A stretch of 64,000 bases of DNA from assembly GCA_963677745.1 (NCBI GenBank), contig OY782391.1, positions 768,001 through 832,000 of the forward strand. Reading direction: 5' to 3'. The DNA is from Candidatus Altimarinota bacterium. Lineage in GTDB: Bacteria > Patescibacteriota > Gracilibacteria > UBA1369. Below, one piece after another: positions 37,159-47,614 of the stretch. The number at the start of each line of letters is the position of its first letter. Positions within the stretch are counted from its first letter, which is position 1. Below the pieces are notes generated by a model. The model was not told the origin of the DNA. It worked only from the letters and a program-made list of their open reading frames with translations, and ran no database searches. The position numbers were made by a program, and so were the translations under genes.

Positions 37159-37674
37159 TCAGATATTTAAATGTCTTTCTCTTTTTTCCATCTGTTCCAG
37201 CACGTTGTTTTCGCGTTTTTCGATCTTGTCCACAAACAGCACTCCGTCCAGATGATCAATTTCATGTTGCACCACCCGGGCATTTAGTTCCGAGAGTTTG
37301 AGCATCTGTGATTTCCCTTTTTTATCCAGGAATTTAACGATAATATCGCGGTAACGCCGTACCGGTTCAAATACTTTTGGAATGCTCAGGCAGCCTTCCG
37401 TATCCACCTCGGTTTCCTCGGAATGAAAAACAATTTCCGGATCTATCATCGGCAGATTCACCTCTTGGTCTGTCTGCTGATTCAGTTTCACGATAATTAT
37501 TCTCCTGGACTCCCCTACTTGTGGAGCAGCCAGTCCGCAGCCGTTTCCCTCCTCCATGGTCTGTTCCATATCCTGAACCAGTTTCAGGATTACCCGGTCG
37601 ATTTTTTTAACCGGCTTGGCCGTTTTTCTCAGTACCCGATTGTCTGTACCCGTTTCGATTTTAAGTCTGGACAT
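37159..37674 (-). CDS. def: Peptide deformylase
   Basis: GCGLAAPQ, EGCLS and QHEIDHLDG motifs. Confidence 0.97.
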   Translation of the reverse strand: MSRLKIETGTDNRVLRKTAKPVKKIDRVILKLVQDMEQTMEEGNGCGLAAPQVGESRRIIIVKLNQQTDQEVNLPMIDPEIVFHSEETEVDTEGCLSIPKVFEPVRRYRDIIVKFLDKKGKSQMLKLSELNARVVQHEIDHLDGVLFVDKIEKRENNVLEQMEKRERHLNI

Positions 37675-37879
37675 GTCCTCTGATAAATGTCTTTGGATAA
37701 TTGATTCTAGACGGATGGTACTTGAAAATCAACAAAAGTCGAGTATGATTGCACCTTCTTTGTCACTTTTCGGACAGGCCGTCAGGGTCTGCGAAAGCGT
37801 AACAGGGAGATCAAAGTCTTTCGCCTAACGGATCCTTGACATCCTGAATTTCTGATAAACCACGACCTGGAGGGAAATC

Positions 37880-39022
37880 ATGAAGGCTTCTCACCTCAAA
37901 TGGCTGGCACTGTATCTGGTCCTGCTGTTGGCGGGTGTGATTGTTTTCATTACCCTCGACGGCTGGCCTCGCCAATACCTGATGATGATCCTGGTGGGAG
38001 GGGCTCTGGTAGAGACCCTTCACCTGATCACACCGCCCTGTCTGCTCAAGTACGTCGGAACCTGGCCGTTTGGTGCACCCAACTGGCAGTCCATCGAGAG
38101 GGTCCCGATAACGCTTTTGGCCTTTCTACTTGTCTACGGGGCTGGCGGTGATCCGTTCATACTCTGGACCGGTTTGCTGATCGGCATCGTCGGCATCTAC
38201 ATGGACCGGCTGGACGGCAAAACGGTCAAGAGCCTACTTGCCCGTCTGCGCATTCTCAAGGAGATCCAGATCATCAAGCCGGATGGCAGGAGAATCACCG
38301 CTTCACCGGAAGTGGCCGAACCTCCCCTTACCAAATCCGGAGAACTCTGGGCCTGGTTCGAGATGGAACAGAAGGTCAAAAAGGTGGTCAGGAAAACTCA
38401 GGTCAGGGTGCTGGTAGAAGACTGGCTCTACTACCTGAAAAGTCCCGGCACCAGATTACCCATGTTCCAGCTGGACAGGAGCGAAGATCCCCGCTACCCG
38501 GGCTTGCGTCTTTCCCTGACCGGCTTGGGAGAGGTGATCGATCCCCTGGCGGACAAGGGCTGTTTCATACCCGCCTTCATCCATCTGGCTCAGGCCGGCT
38601 TGGTGAATCCCTGGGTGGCCGCTCTGATGATTCTCTCCGACCTGATCAGCACGGTTTTCCGTCGGCCCTTCGACCGGCTGCCGGTTTTCCGCCACCTGCA
38701 AAGGCTGGTCAAAAATGACCAGACTTCCGGCTATGGCAAGCCGAAGAAGGAAGAAAAAGCCTCCGCTTTCGGTAAAACGAAGGTGGTCTGGCAATTCATC
38801 GTTCTTCTGGCGACCCTGCCGGCCTCCGCCGGCTGGTTGAATCCGGTGGAGATGTACTGGAGCAGATCGATCGCTTCCTGGACCCTCGGATTGGGAGTAC
38901 TGGCCGGCGTGTTCAGCACTCTGTCCCGGCTCAAGATCTGGCAGGTGATTCTGAGGCGGTTCGGGCTGCGGCGCTGGAATCAGAATTTCAAGGAGGTCTT
39001 CGACCACGATGTGGAGGACTGA
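37880..39022 (+). CDS. CDP-alcohol phosphatidyltransferase-like membrane protein with large insertion (GC-rich cassette)
   Basis: PNWQSIER, DRLDG...GEVIDPLADK and GKTK motifs. SD GGAGG; promoter TTGAAA..TATGAT at 37722-37749. Confidence 0.7.
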   Translation: MKASHLKWLALYLVLLLAGVIVFITLDGWPRQYLMMILVGGALVETLHLITPPCLLKYVGTWPFGAPNWQSIERVPITLLAFLLVYGAGGDPFILWTGLLIGIVGIYMDRLDGKTVKSLLARLRILKEIQIIKPDGRRITASPEVAEPPLTKSGELWAWFEMEQKVKKVVRKTQVRVLVEDWLYYLKSPGTRLPMFQLDRSEDPRYPGLRLSLTGLGEVIDPLADKGCFIPAFIHLAQAGLVNPWVAALMILSDLISTVFRRPFDRLPVFRHLQRLVKNDQTSGYGKPKKEEKASAFGKTKVVWQFIVLLATLPASAGWLNPVEMYWSRSIASWTLGLGVLAGVFSTLSRLKIWQVILRRFGLRRWNQNFKEVFDHDVED

Positions 39023-39023
39023 A

Positions 39024-39055
39024 AACAGGCGGGTGCGCATGCGCGCCCGCCTGTT
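39024..39055. terminator. Strong hairpin between convergent genes
   Basis: AACAGGCGGGTGCGC-AT-GCGCGCCCGCCTGTT. Confidence 0.7.
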
Positions 39056-39077
39056 CAGCGAATTAAATTTTAATCAT

Positions 39078-40364
39078 TCAGGAAGGATTGGCAGGTGTAA
39101 TCCCTCCGGGTCCCGTTGTCTGTCCCGGTCCCGGACCGGCGGTGGTTGGTATTCCCTTATTTTTCAGCACCATAAATACTACCGCCAATACGATGATTAT
39201 GGCCGCCACCAGGGCAACGACATTGTGAAAAACCATTGCCACCAATATTGTGACGCCGCTTAGTACCAGTGCAGTGACAAAAGTGATTATTCCAATCAAT
39301 CCTCCGCTGATCATTCCTAAAAACGGCAGGAAATCCGTCAGTACTTTGATCGGCGCCAGGATCATACTGAGGCCTATCCACATCATCAAAAATCCAATGC
39401 CTCTGACTATCCAGATCCACATTACGTAGGATTGATGAAGCGATACAATTGCCTCTTCCTTTGTTCCCAGAAAGAGCTGATAGAAACGGTTGTTGTTACC
39501 ATCAAGATACGGCCCGAAAGTTTTGTCATTCAGTTTCCCGAACAGGGTAACTTTTGTCTCATTGTTTAACACACGGTAGCTGATCCGTATATCTCCGATC
39601 TGGGGAGCGGCAAAGCTGGCTCCCTGAGACCGGCTGATGTAGAGGAATTCCCCGTTCATCAGCTGGGGGGTGTTGGGGGCGGCATTACCGGGCTGTGCCA
39701 ATACGGCGGGAGTGACAGAGGAAAGAGCGGCGGTATTTACATTATTAATCAGAGGCAGATCGACGGTTTTTAAATCGGTATTTTCCGCAGTCAGAGTCAG
39801 TTTATTTAGCTCCGGTAGAGTGATGCTTTGCATGTCCACATTATACATTCCGATGGTGGCGTCGCTTACCCTTTTCTGCAGCTGCCCGAAAGGCAAAGAC
39901 GGATTACTGTGATCAGCGGGATACCTGAAATCCGCGGAATTTTCAGGAGAACTGCTCCAGGTTTTTTTATATTCATAAGTTCTGGTGGTGGTCTCTGACC
40001 CCCCGGCACTGCTTTGGGTGGAGGTTTTTTCGTCTTCCTCCCAGGAATACATTTCTACTTTTCTTTCCAGAACCAGATATTTTCCGGGCTTTAAAAACTG
40101 TCCGTCATCCAATGTTTCGGCAGAGATCAGAGGCGCAGTGGTGACCAGCAGTTTTTCACTCATTGCCGGATCGGTAACTGCAGTATCGGCTTTTATTTCC
40201 ACGGCGGTTTTGGCGATCTGTGAATAATCGACGCTGCCCTCGTTGTTATACAGCACTATGAAAGAACCGAAAAAAAACAAAACTCCCACAATGATTCCCC
40301 CGATGGAATTGGAAATTCTCTTCCCGTAACCGGTGGTGGTTACTTCGGTAAAACGATCTGCCAT
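39078..40364 (-). CDS. TMEM43 (DUF1625)-family membrane protein
   Basis: N-terminal TM + NEG, LERKVEMYSWEE, PQIGDIRISY, and several C-terminal TMs. Confidence 0.85.
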   Translation of the reverse strand: MADRFTEVTTTGYGKRISNSIGGIIVGVLFFFGSFIVLYNNEGSVDYSQIAKTAVEIKADTAVTDPAMSEKLLVTTAPLISAETLDDGQFLKPGKYLVLERKVEMYSWEEDEKTSTQSSAGGSETTTRTYEYKKTWSSSPENSADFRYPADHSNPSLPFGQLQKRVSDATIGMYNVDMQSITLPELNKLTLTAENTDLKTVDLPLINNVNTAALSSVTPAVLAQPGNAAPNTPQLMNGEFLYISRSQGASFAAPQIGDIRISYRVLNNETKVTLFGKLNDKTFGPYLDGNNNRFYQLFLGTKEEAIVSLHQSYVMWIWIVRGIGFLMMWIGLSMILAPIKVLTDFLPFLGMISGGLIGIITFVTALVLSGVTILVAMVFHNVVALVAAIIIVLAVVFMVLKNKGIPTTAGPGPGQTTGPGGITPANPS

Positions 40365-40395
40365 GTTTATAAAACGTTAAGGATATTAATGGGTA

Positions 40396-40938
40396 TTACA
40401 AGTTCTCATAGATCTCGTCCAAACTTTTTTTTAAGGCTTCAATATCGCCGTCATTAGTCACCAGATAGTCGGCAATGGCTATCGGACCTCCCTTTTCGGA
40501 ATTTTCAATTTCGGCTTTGTCGCGGCCGAAGGCCTCCTCGTTATTCAGAGGTCTTACCTTACGCATGGACAGTCTTTGATAACGGATTTTCCTGGTTGTA
40601 TAGACTGCCAATACCGTCAAAATACCGGGGAATTTTTCCCGTAAAACTTTGTATTCGGACCAGCTGTATAATCCGTCGATTATCACGCTTCCCTGGATCA
40701 GCGCGGCTTCGATTTTGGGCAGGTTGATCAGGGCGTAGGCAGCCATCCCCAGCTGCTTGCGCAGGTCTTCCCGCACCAGCTTTTCATTGGTTTCATTAAC
40801 CTCCAGACCGCGCTTTTTGACTTCCTCCAGAGTAGCGCCCCCAAAATAGACGGACTGATATCCTTTCTGTTGAAAGAATTCATTGACCACCGATTTTCCC
40901 GATCCGGTCATTCCCACCAAAGCGATTATTTTATTCAT
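40396..40938 (-). CDS. P-loop nucleotide kinase (dephospho-CoA kinase-like)
   Basis: GMTGSGKS, IIDGLYSWSE and RDKAEIE...IAIADY motifs. Confidence 0.75.
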   Translation of the reverse strand: MNKIIALVGMTGSGKSVVNEFFQQKGYQSVYFGGATLEEVKKRGLEVNETNEKLVREDLRKQLGMAAYALINLPKIEAALIQGSVIIDGLYSWSEYKVLREKFPGILTVLAVYTTRKIRYQRLSMRKVRPLNNEEAFGRDKAEIENSEKGGPIAIADYLVTNDGDIEALKKSLDEIYENL

Positions 40939-42055
40939 GGACGGCTTGATTGTCTTTGACTAATAGTTTTTGGACCTGCAGACCCTGTACAAAGGCCTTG
41001 CCCCCAAAATATATCTTCCCGATATTACCTGTAAAAGATCCTGTCGTAAGGGCTTTTTCTATCGAATCAAAATCCCCGTTATTTTCCGAAATCAATTTTA
41101 CCAGCAGGTCCAGGGCGTCGATCGTGGCAGCCGTATAAAAAACATTTATTCTTTCCATAGGGCCTTTTTCGGCCATCAGTTGATTGCGGTAATCGATGAA
41201 CTTGGCATCCGCCACCACCGGCGAATCAAGGATTATCATTCCGTTAACCACCTGCGGGGCTCTCGACAGTACATCGGGATCATTATAGGAGGCCTCACCC
41301 AATAATTGTATTTTTAGATTGGCTTTTTCTACGGCTTTCAGCATATTCAGGGCCATCTCATGCGTACTGGGATTTAGCCATAATATTTCCGCACCGCTGG
41401 ATTTAATTTTTGCCATTATTTCATCGAAATCTTTTGTCTCCGGCGGGACTTTTTCGTCAACGGCAATTTTTAGATCTTTGTACTGGCTGTACAGTAAGTT
41501 ATCCAGATCCTCTTCATACGTGGTGGAATCCAGAGATTTTTCGGAAAGAGTGGCGATTATTTTATACTTCGCCAATTCCCGGGCGGTCGCTTCGTTGATC
41601 AATGAAACCGGGTATGAAAGAGACATCGTTCTGGGACTGGTTCCCTCCAGACTCGAATTGGAGGTGGTGGCGGAAAGCAATATGACTTTTTTCTCTTTGG
41701 TGTAGGGCGCGGCGGCAAAAGTGGCCGCAGAACAAAGCCCGCCGATTACATACTGAATTTTTTCGTCTTCCACCAGCTTTCTCATGCTCTCGGCCGCCGC
41801 GCCTACTTCGCATTGTCCGTCTTGATAGACCAGCTCCACCTGAAAATCATTTTTATCGTTTATTTCTTTAACACGGTAATCCAGTACGTTTTTCTGTTCC
41901 AGGCCAAACGGAGCAAACTCCCCGCTCAGCGGCGTGATTACCCCGATCTTATAGACTTTCCCCAGCTTTTTGGAATCGGGGCTGCTATCCGAACAGGCTG
42001 ATAAAAAAAGCACTCCAACCAGTAACAGGGCGCTTATTGAAGACTTATTAAACAT
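40931..42055 (-). CDS. LivJ-like periplasmic-binding lipoprotein
   Basis: Lipobox LSA-C; KIGVITPLSG, LVYQDGQC and IGGLCS motifs. Confidence 0.85.
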   Translation of the reverse strand: MFNKSSISALLLVGVLFLSACSDSSPDSKKLGKVYKIGVITPLSGEFAPFGLEQKNVLDYRVKEINDKNDFQVELVYQDGQCEVGAAAESMRKLVEDEKIQYVIGGLCSAATFAAAPYTKEKKVILLSATTSNSSLEGTSPRTMSLSYPVSLINEATARELAKYKIIATLSEKSLDSTTYEEDLDNLLYSQYKDLKIAVDEKVPPETKDFDEIMAKIKSSGAEILWLNPSTHEMALNMLKAVEKANLKIQLLGEASYNDPDVLSRAPQVVNGMIILDSPVVADAKFIDYRNQLMAEKGPMERINVFYTAATIDALDLLVKLISENNGDFDSIEKALTTGSFTGNIGKIYFGGKAFVQGLQVQKLLVKDNQAVHE

Positions 42056-42159
42056 ATTTTTTAGGGTAACAAACCTTACAAACTCAAAGACTATCACCAG
42101 AATTCAAAAAAGCCAAATCCACAAGCGGAAAGACTGTAATTAAAGAACATAAATTCGTT

Positions 42160-42188
42160 TTGACAACAACGCCTGAAAGATGTATCTT
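42160..42188 (+). promoter_or_regulatory. sigma70 promoter of the RND operon
   Basis: TTGACA-17-TATCTT. Confidence 0.65.
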
Positions 42189-42212
42189 TGGCGCTCCTAA
42201 ATTATTGATTAC

Positions 42213-43952
42213 ATGAAAAAATTTCGCGCCCTTATCTTTATCATCTTATTTCTGGGAGCAATTGGCTTGCTGATCTGGTATTTATCCGGCTTCATCAACA
42301 GTCAGCTGGATGCTCCGTCAAACACCAAAGAGTCCCAATCAGTCTCTACTCCAACCGCCACAGATAGCTCTTCGCCCTCAGCAGCCACTCCCGGTGAATC
42401 ATCCGATCTCGCCGAAGTAACCACGACCCGTCTTTCCTCTCTGGGAAATTCCTACTTTGAAACTATCGGCACCGTGACTTCCCGTGGCACTGTCAGCGTC
42501 TATCCACTGGCCTCGGGCTCGGTTAAAAAAGTCAATTTTCAGGAAGGTGATTATGTCAAAGCAGGTGACGTCCTGCTGGAAATAACCGGCGCCAATCTGT
42601 CCGATCATCTTGCGACTACACAGCTGCAGATTGCTCAGACTACTCTCGCCAATGCCAGGGCTTCCTATGAAAATCTTCAGAAAACCAGCGCCGAGAGTCT
42701 CCGCACTGCCGGTCTTCAATTGCAAAGCGCCACCAATCAGGCTTCCGCCATTCAGTATGACCTGGCGGTGATTGAAAACAACAGATCCGCTTTGGAAGAT
42801 TCTCTGGGCCTCCTGCAGGATTCTTTCAACAACACCGAGGATAAAAACAACCGTGATCAGTACAAAGCTGAACGGGATATCGACAATCTGATTTTCACAC
42901 TGAATGCCGCCCAGGACGACCGTTCGCGTAATCAGCGGCAACTGGATGATCTGGAAAATCAGTTGCAGAATCTCCAGTCACAGACATCCGATCCGGCCAA
43001 TCCGCAGATTGCAGCTCTGCAGACCAGTATTTCCAAAATTGAAACCGCCCTGGCCGCCCAGGACAAAGGTATCGAAGAATTATATGTTGCCATAGATAAA
43101 GCCCGTTACGGCTACAGTACCGCCGAGAATGGCGCCAACCTTGGAGAAAATACCGTGCAGGGACAAATAGTCACTGCGGAAAACCAGGCCCGCGTTCTGG
43201 ATCTTACCCTGGAATCAACCAGGACCAAGCTCGGTTATACCGGCGATTCCAGTGATGCTTTGCTGCTTGCCAGGCAGGCTTACCAGGCCACCAAAGTCCA
43301 GTTGCAAACCGCCTTGGACAGCGCCGAAAACGCCATCAAACTGGCCGAACTGAATGTTGAACTGGCCAACAATCAGGCCGCCGCCCTCCAGGTCAAAGCC
43401 CCTTTTGCCGGCATCATCACCGTCCTCGATCTCTATCCCGGTCAGTCCGTCAACCCCCAGCTGGCGGCGGCCGAAATCATTGATCCACAGAGCTTCCAGC
43501 TCAAAGCCGGCGTTGATATCAGTACCGCTGAACGGATCTCCTCAACTTCACCCGCTTTGATCGAACTGGGCGGACGCACCATCGAAGTACCCGTTAAATC
43601 GGTTTCCCTGAAAGTGGATGACAAAACCAAACTGGTCAATGTAACGCTGGCTCTGCCCAATATCTTCTTCAAGATCAATCAGAATCTGAAAGTTAAATTA
43701 CCTCTCTCCACCGCTTCCGGTCTTTCGTCCGGAACCAGTTATCTGCCTTTGGATGCCGTTGTCATCGGGACGGAGAGCCAGTTTGTGTATATCAATGACG
43801 GCGGAAAAACCAAAAAAGTTGAGGTGAAAATAGGCCAGGTTTCCGGTGACCAGATTGAAATTCTTTCCGGACTGCCCGCCGACGCCGAAATAATCCTGAC
43901 CGGAGCCAAGAATCTGGCCGAAGGGCAGGAAATCAAAGTTGTAAATTCCTAA
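42213..43952 (+). CDS. RND efflux periplasmic adaptor with very long coiled-coil hairpin
   Basis: N-terminal TM, SGSVKKVNFQEGDYVKAGDVL, VKAPFAGII and IEILSGL motifs. Confidence 0.9.
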   Translation: MKKFRALIFIILFLGAIGLLIWYLSGFINSQLDAPSNTKESQSVSTPTATDSSSPSAATPGESSDLAEVTTTRLSSLGNSYFETIGTVTSRGTVSVYPLASGSVKKVNFQEGDYVKAGDVLLEITGANLSDHLATTQLQIAQTTLANARASYENLQKTSAESLRTAGLQLQSATNQASAIQYDLAVIENNRSALEDSLGLLQDSFNNTEDKNNRDQYKAERDIDNLIFTLNAAQDDRSRNQRQLDDLENQLQNLQSQTSDPANPQIAALQTSISKIETALAAQDKGIEELYVAIDKARYGYSTAENGANLGENTVQGQIVTAENQARVLDLTLESTRTKLGYTGDSSDALLLARQAYQATKVQLQTALDSAENAIKLAELNVELANNQAAALQVKAPFAGIITVLDLYPGQSVNPQLAAAEIIDPQSFQLKAGVDISTAERISSTSPALIELGGRTIEVPVKSVSLKVDDKTKLVNVTLALPNIFFKINQNLKVKLPLSTASGLSSGTSYLPLDAVVIGTESQFVYINDGGKTKKVEVKIGQVSGDQIEILSGLPADAEIILTGAKNLAEGQEIKVVNS

Positions 43953-43977
43953 GTCCCCAGCGACACCACACAGCATC

Positions 43978-46900
43978 ATGATGCCAAATCCCCCCACCAA
44001 TGAACGGCCCGAAAAAGAGCAAAAAGACTCTGACTCAATCTACCTGAGCCAGCTCACTTTCGATCCGGCCAAGGCCAACAAATTTCTTAATTTTCTGCTG
44101 ACCAATGTCCGGGTAATTGCACTTTTCATCATCGGCATTCTACTCTGGGGATTTTATTCTTTTAATGTCCTGCCGCTTGAATCCATGCCGGAGGTAAAGA
44201 TACCTTACGCCATTGTCTCGGTCAGCCTGCCGGGGGCCAGCCCCTCTGATGTGGAGGAATTGGTGGTGAAAAAAATCGAAAACAAAATCGCCAACCTTTC
44301 GGGGGTAAAAACCATGTCTGCCACGGCTATGAATTCTTTTGCCAGTGTCAGGGTGGAATTCCGCGCCGAGGAGGATTTAAAAGAAGCTATCCGCAGATTG
44401 CGTGACGCTGTGGCCAATCTCAAGGCAGACCTTCCGAGTGACGCTTCCGAACCGGTAGTCAGCGAAGTGGCCATCAGCAACTCCCCCGTCTGGACTATGG
44501 TCATGACCGGACCCTATGATAATTTTGCTTTACGCCGCTACGCCCAAGATCTCAAAGATGAATTTCTTAAACTCCCGGGAACCAGTGAGGTGAATATCAG
44601 TGGCGGGGATGAAACGGAAATACGGGTTACCTACGACCCTCAAAAACTGGATCTCTATGGTCTTTCCATGGATCAGATTAACGCCGTGGTAAAAGCCAAC
44701 AACATTACTTTGCCGCTTGGCACCATCAATGTCGGCAACTTTGAATATACGCTGCGGCTGGACGGCAAATTTAAAAACGTCGCGGAATTGAGGGACCTGC
44801 CGGTTGGTACTTTCGGGACTTCCGTTATTTATTTAAAAGACGTCGCGGACGTGGTGGAGCGGGCGGCGGAGCGCAAGTCGACCACCCATTTTTCCATCGC
44901 CGGCGGCCAGCCGCAAAACGCCGTCTCGATCAGCTTGGTCAAGAAAACCGGTTTTTCCATCGTCGAGCTGATTGACCAGGGAAAAGTTAAGATCGAGACT
45001 CTGAAAAAAGACCATTTCCCCGCCGACCTGTACGTTGAAACCACTTACGACATGTCGGACACCATTCGCGAGGATTTCAACAATCTCAGTCATGAAGCAC
45101 TCAATACCATTATTCTGGTGACCATCATCCTGTTCCTGTTCGTCGGACTCAAAGAAGCTTTTACCGCCGGTATTGTTATTCCTCTGGTATTCGCTTCGAC
45201 TTTTGGATTGATGGCCGCCGCCGGTCAGACTTTGAACTTTCTTTCTCTCTTTTCCCTGATACTTTCGCTTGGTTTGCTGGTGGACGACGCCATCGTCGTG
45301 GTACAGGCCACCAAACAGTATATGTCTACCGGCAAATTCACGCCGGAGGAAGCGGTGTTACTGGTTTTCAAAGATTTCTTTGCCATTATTCTGACCACCT
45401 CTCTTACCACCATCTTTGCCTTTTTGCCCCTGGTACTGGCCACCGGAATTATCGGACAGTTCATCCGCGCCATTCCTATCACCACTTCACTCACTCTGGC
45501 CGCTTCCACCATCATTGCCATCACTATCAACCATCCGATGGCGGCCATACTGGAGAGATTCAGGATGACCAGAAAATCATTCAAAATAGCCATTATAATT
45601 TTTATTGCGCTGTTTGTCTGGTCACTGCTATCGGCTATTCAGGGGTCTGTGATTGCCATTGTTTTGACGGCCATTTTCCTCTTTTTGATCATATCTCTTC
45701 TGCTGGCTTATCGCCGCGCGCTTAAACAATATTTTCTGGAAAACGAACGGCATCTGCTGGAAGAGCAGGCCTTGCCGGAAAAAATCAGGGAAAAACTGCA
45801 GCATCATTATGCTCCGGAAACCCAGAAAAACTGGTGGGTGAAAGCAACCAGCGGTCTGGTCAAACTGGAAAAAATCATGCCGTCCTACGAAAGACTGCTC
45901 AACAGCTTTCTGAAAAATAAAATCCGTTCCTACCTCCTGATTGTTGTCCTAATCATTATATTTCTGGGATCGCTCCTGTTACCGGCCACCGGCATTCTCA
46001 AATCCGAATTTCTGGCCGCCTCGGACCAGGATCTGATGTACTTGAGCATCGAGGGCCCACCCGGATTACTGCTGGAAGATACCCAGAAAATTGCCGACCA
46101 GGTGCAGCAAATATTATTGGAAGAAAAACAGCTTAAAAATTTCTCCGTGACCGTGGGGGCAGCCGGTGTCAGTCTGAAAGGCGGAGGATTGACGGGGGGA
46201 GGAGCGGGCAGTGGAGGACAGACTAATAAAGCCCAATTCGCCATCAATCTCCTGCCGGAAAATGAACGTCCGGTTAAACAAAAATCCTATGTTTATGCCC
46301 AGGAATTGCGTAAAAAACTGGCCGGTATAAAAGGTGCCACGATTACTCTGGAAGAGCTGAGTGGAGGGCCTCCATCCGGATCGGATTTTGAAGTCCGTTT
46401 CAGCGGTGAGGATCTGGTTAAGCTGGAACAGCTGGCCAATCAATACAAAGGATATCTGGCGGACATACCGGGAACCGTCAACATCAAGACCAGTCTGTCC
46501 CTCAGTCCCGGAGAATTTACCATCAAGCTCAAACCGCAGGAAATGCAACTCAGGAGTATCACTCCCGCTCAACTGGCCGGCACTTTGCGCACTGCCGTTT
46601 CCGGAGGAGATCTGGCCAAAATTATTGAAGGCGAGGATGAAATTCAGATCAAGGCTGAATATGCGGAAAACTCTGTCAACAGTCTGGATGCTTTAAAATC
46701 ACTTCCCCTCATTAACAGCAAAGGACAAAAATTCCAGTTCTCCGAGGTGGCCGAGATCAGTCTGGGGTCATCACTCACTTCCATTAGCCGTATGGACCAG
46801 AAGCGCGTGGTGGTCCTGTCAGCCAGCGTAGTCAAACCTGTGCTGCCCGGAGAGGTACTGGCTAAATTCCAGAAAATTCTCAATGAAAAACCTTTGCCCC

Positions 46901-47500
46901 AAGGCTACACCGCCATTTTCGGCGGCCAGGCCGACACCAATACCGAATCGATTTATTCCATCTTCCGCGCCATGATTGTGGCATTTATCCTGATTATTTC
47001 CATATTGGTCATCCAGTTTAATTCTTTCCGCAAAGCCATGCTGGCCCTTATGACTATTCCTCTGGCCATGTCCGGAGTGTTTTTCGGCCTCACTCTGGCC
47101 GGCTTTACTCTTTCTTTCCCGACCCTGATCGGTATCCTGGCATTGTTTGGCATTGTGGTGAAAAACGCCATCATTCTGATCGACAAAATCAATCTCAATC
47201 TGCGCGTCGGCATACCTTTTCAGGAATCCATTATTGACGCCTCCAAATCCAGGCTGGAAGCCATCTTTTTGACCAGTACCGCTACCATCATCGGTATGCT
47301 GCCGATTACCTTCTATGACGAAACCTGGCAGGGACTGGGGGGCGGCTCTCATTTTTGGCCTCTCCACCTCCACCGTTCTGACCCTGCTCTTGATCCCCGT
47401 TCTGTTCAATCTGATCTTCGCCAAAACCGCCGCCCGTGACGCCCAAATTCAGAAAATTCGGAGAGCAGCGGCAGAAAGCCAAAAAACATCGGTTAAATAA
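43978..47500 (+). CDS. AcrB/AcrD/AcrF-family RND permease with an apparent frameshift in a G6 run near the C-terminus
   Basis: PGASPSDVE, GLLVDDAIVV, GIVVKNAIILID and SRLEAIFLTS motifs. The last TM (GAALIFGLSTSTVLTLLLIPVLF) is in another frame after 47337..47342. Confidence 0.9.
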
Positions 47501-47545
47501 TCCCGAAAAACAACCGGTTCCCGGAGCTGAATAATTCTCAACCCA

Positions 47546-47571
47546 CCCGCTTCCAAAAAAGCGGGTTTTTT
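47546..47571 (+). terminator. Intrinsic terminator of the RND operon
   Basis: ACCCGCTT-CCAAAA-AAGCGGGT-TTTTT; immediately followed by TGGTATAAT (extended -10 for the next cluster). Confidence 0.75.
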
Positions 47572-47614
47572 GGTATAATATTCAGAATATATTTAAATCA
47601 ATAAATAACTTCCC

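Noticed and set aside
38220-38520. Intein in the CDP-alcohol transferase
   Set aside because: No C/S start with HN-C/S/T end and no Hint or LAGLIDADG blocks.
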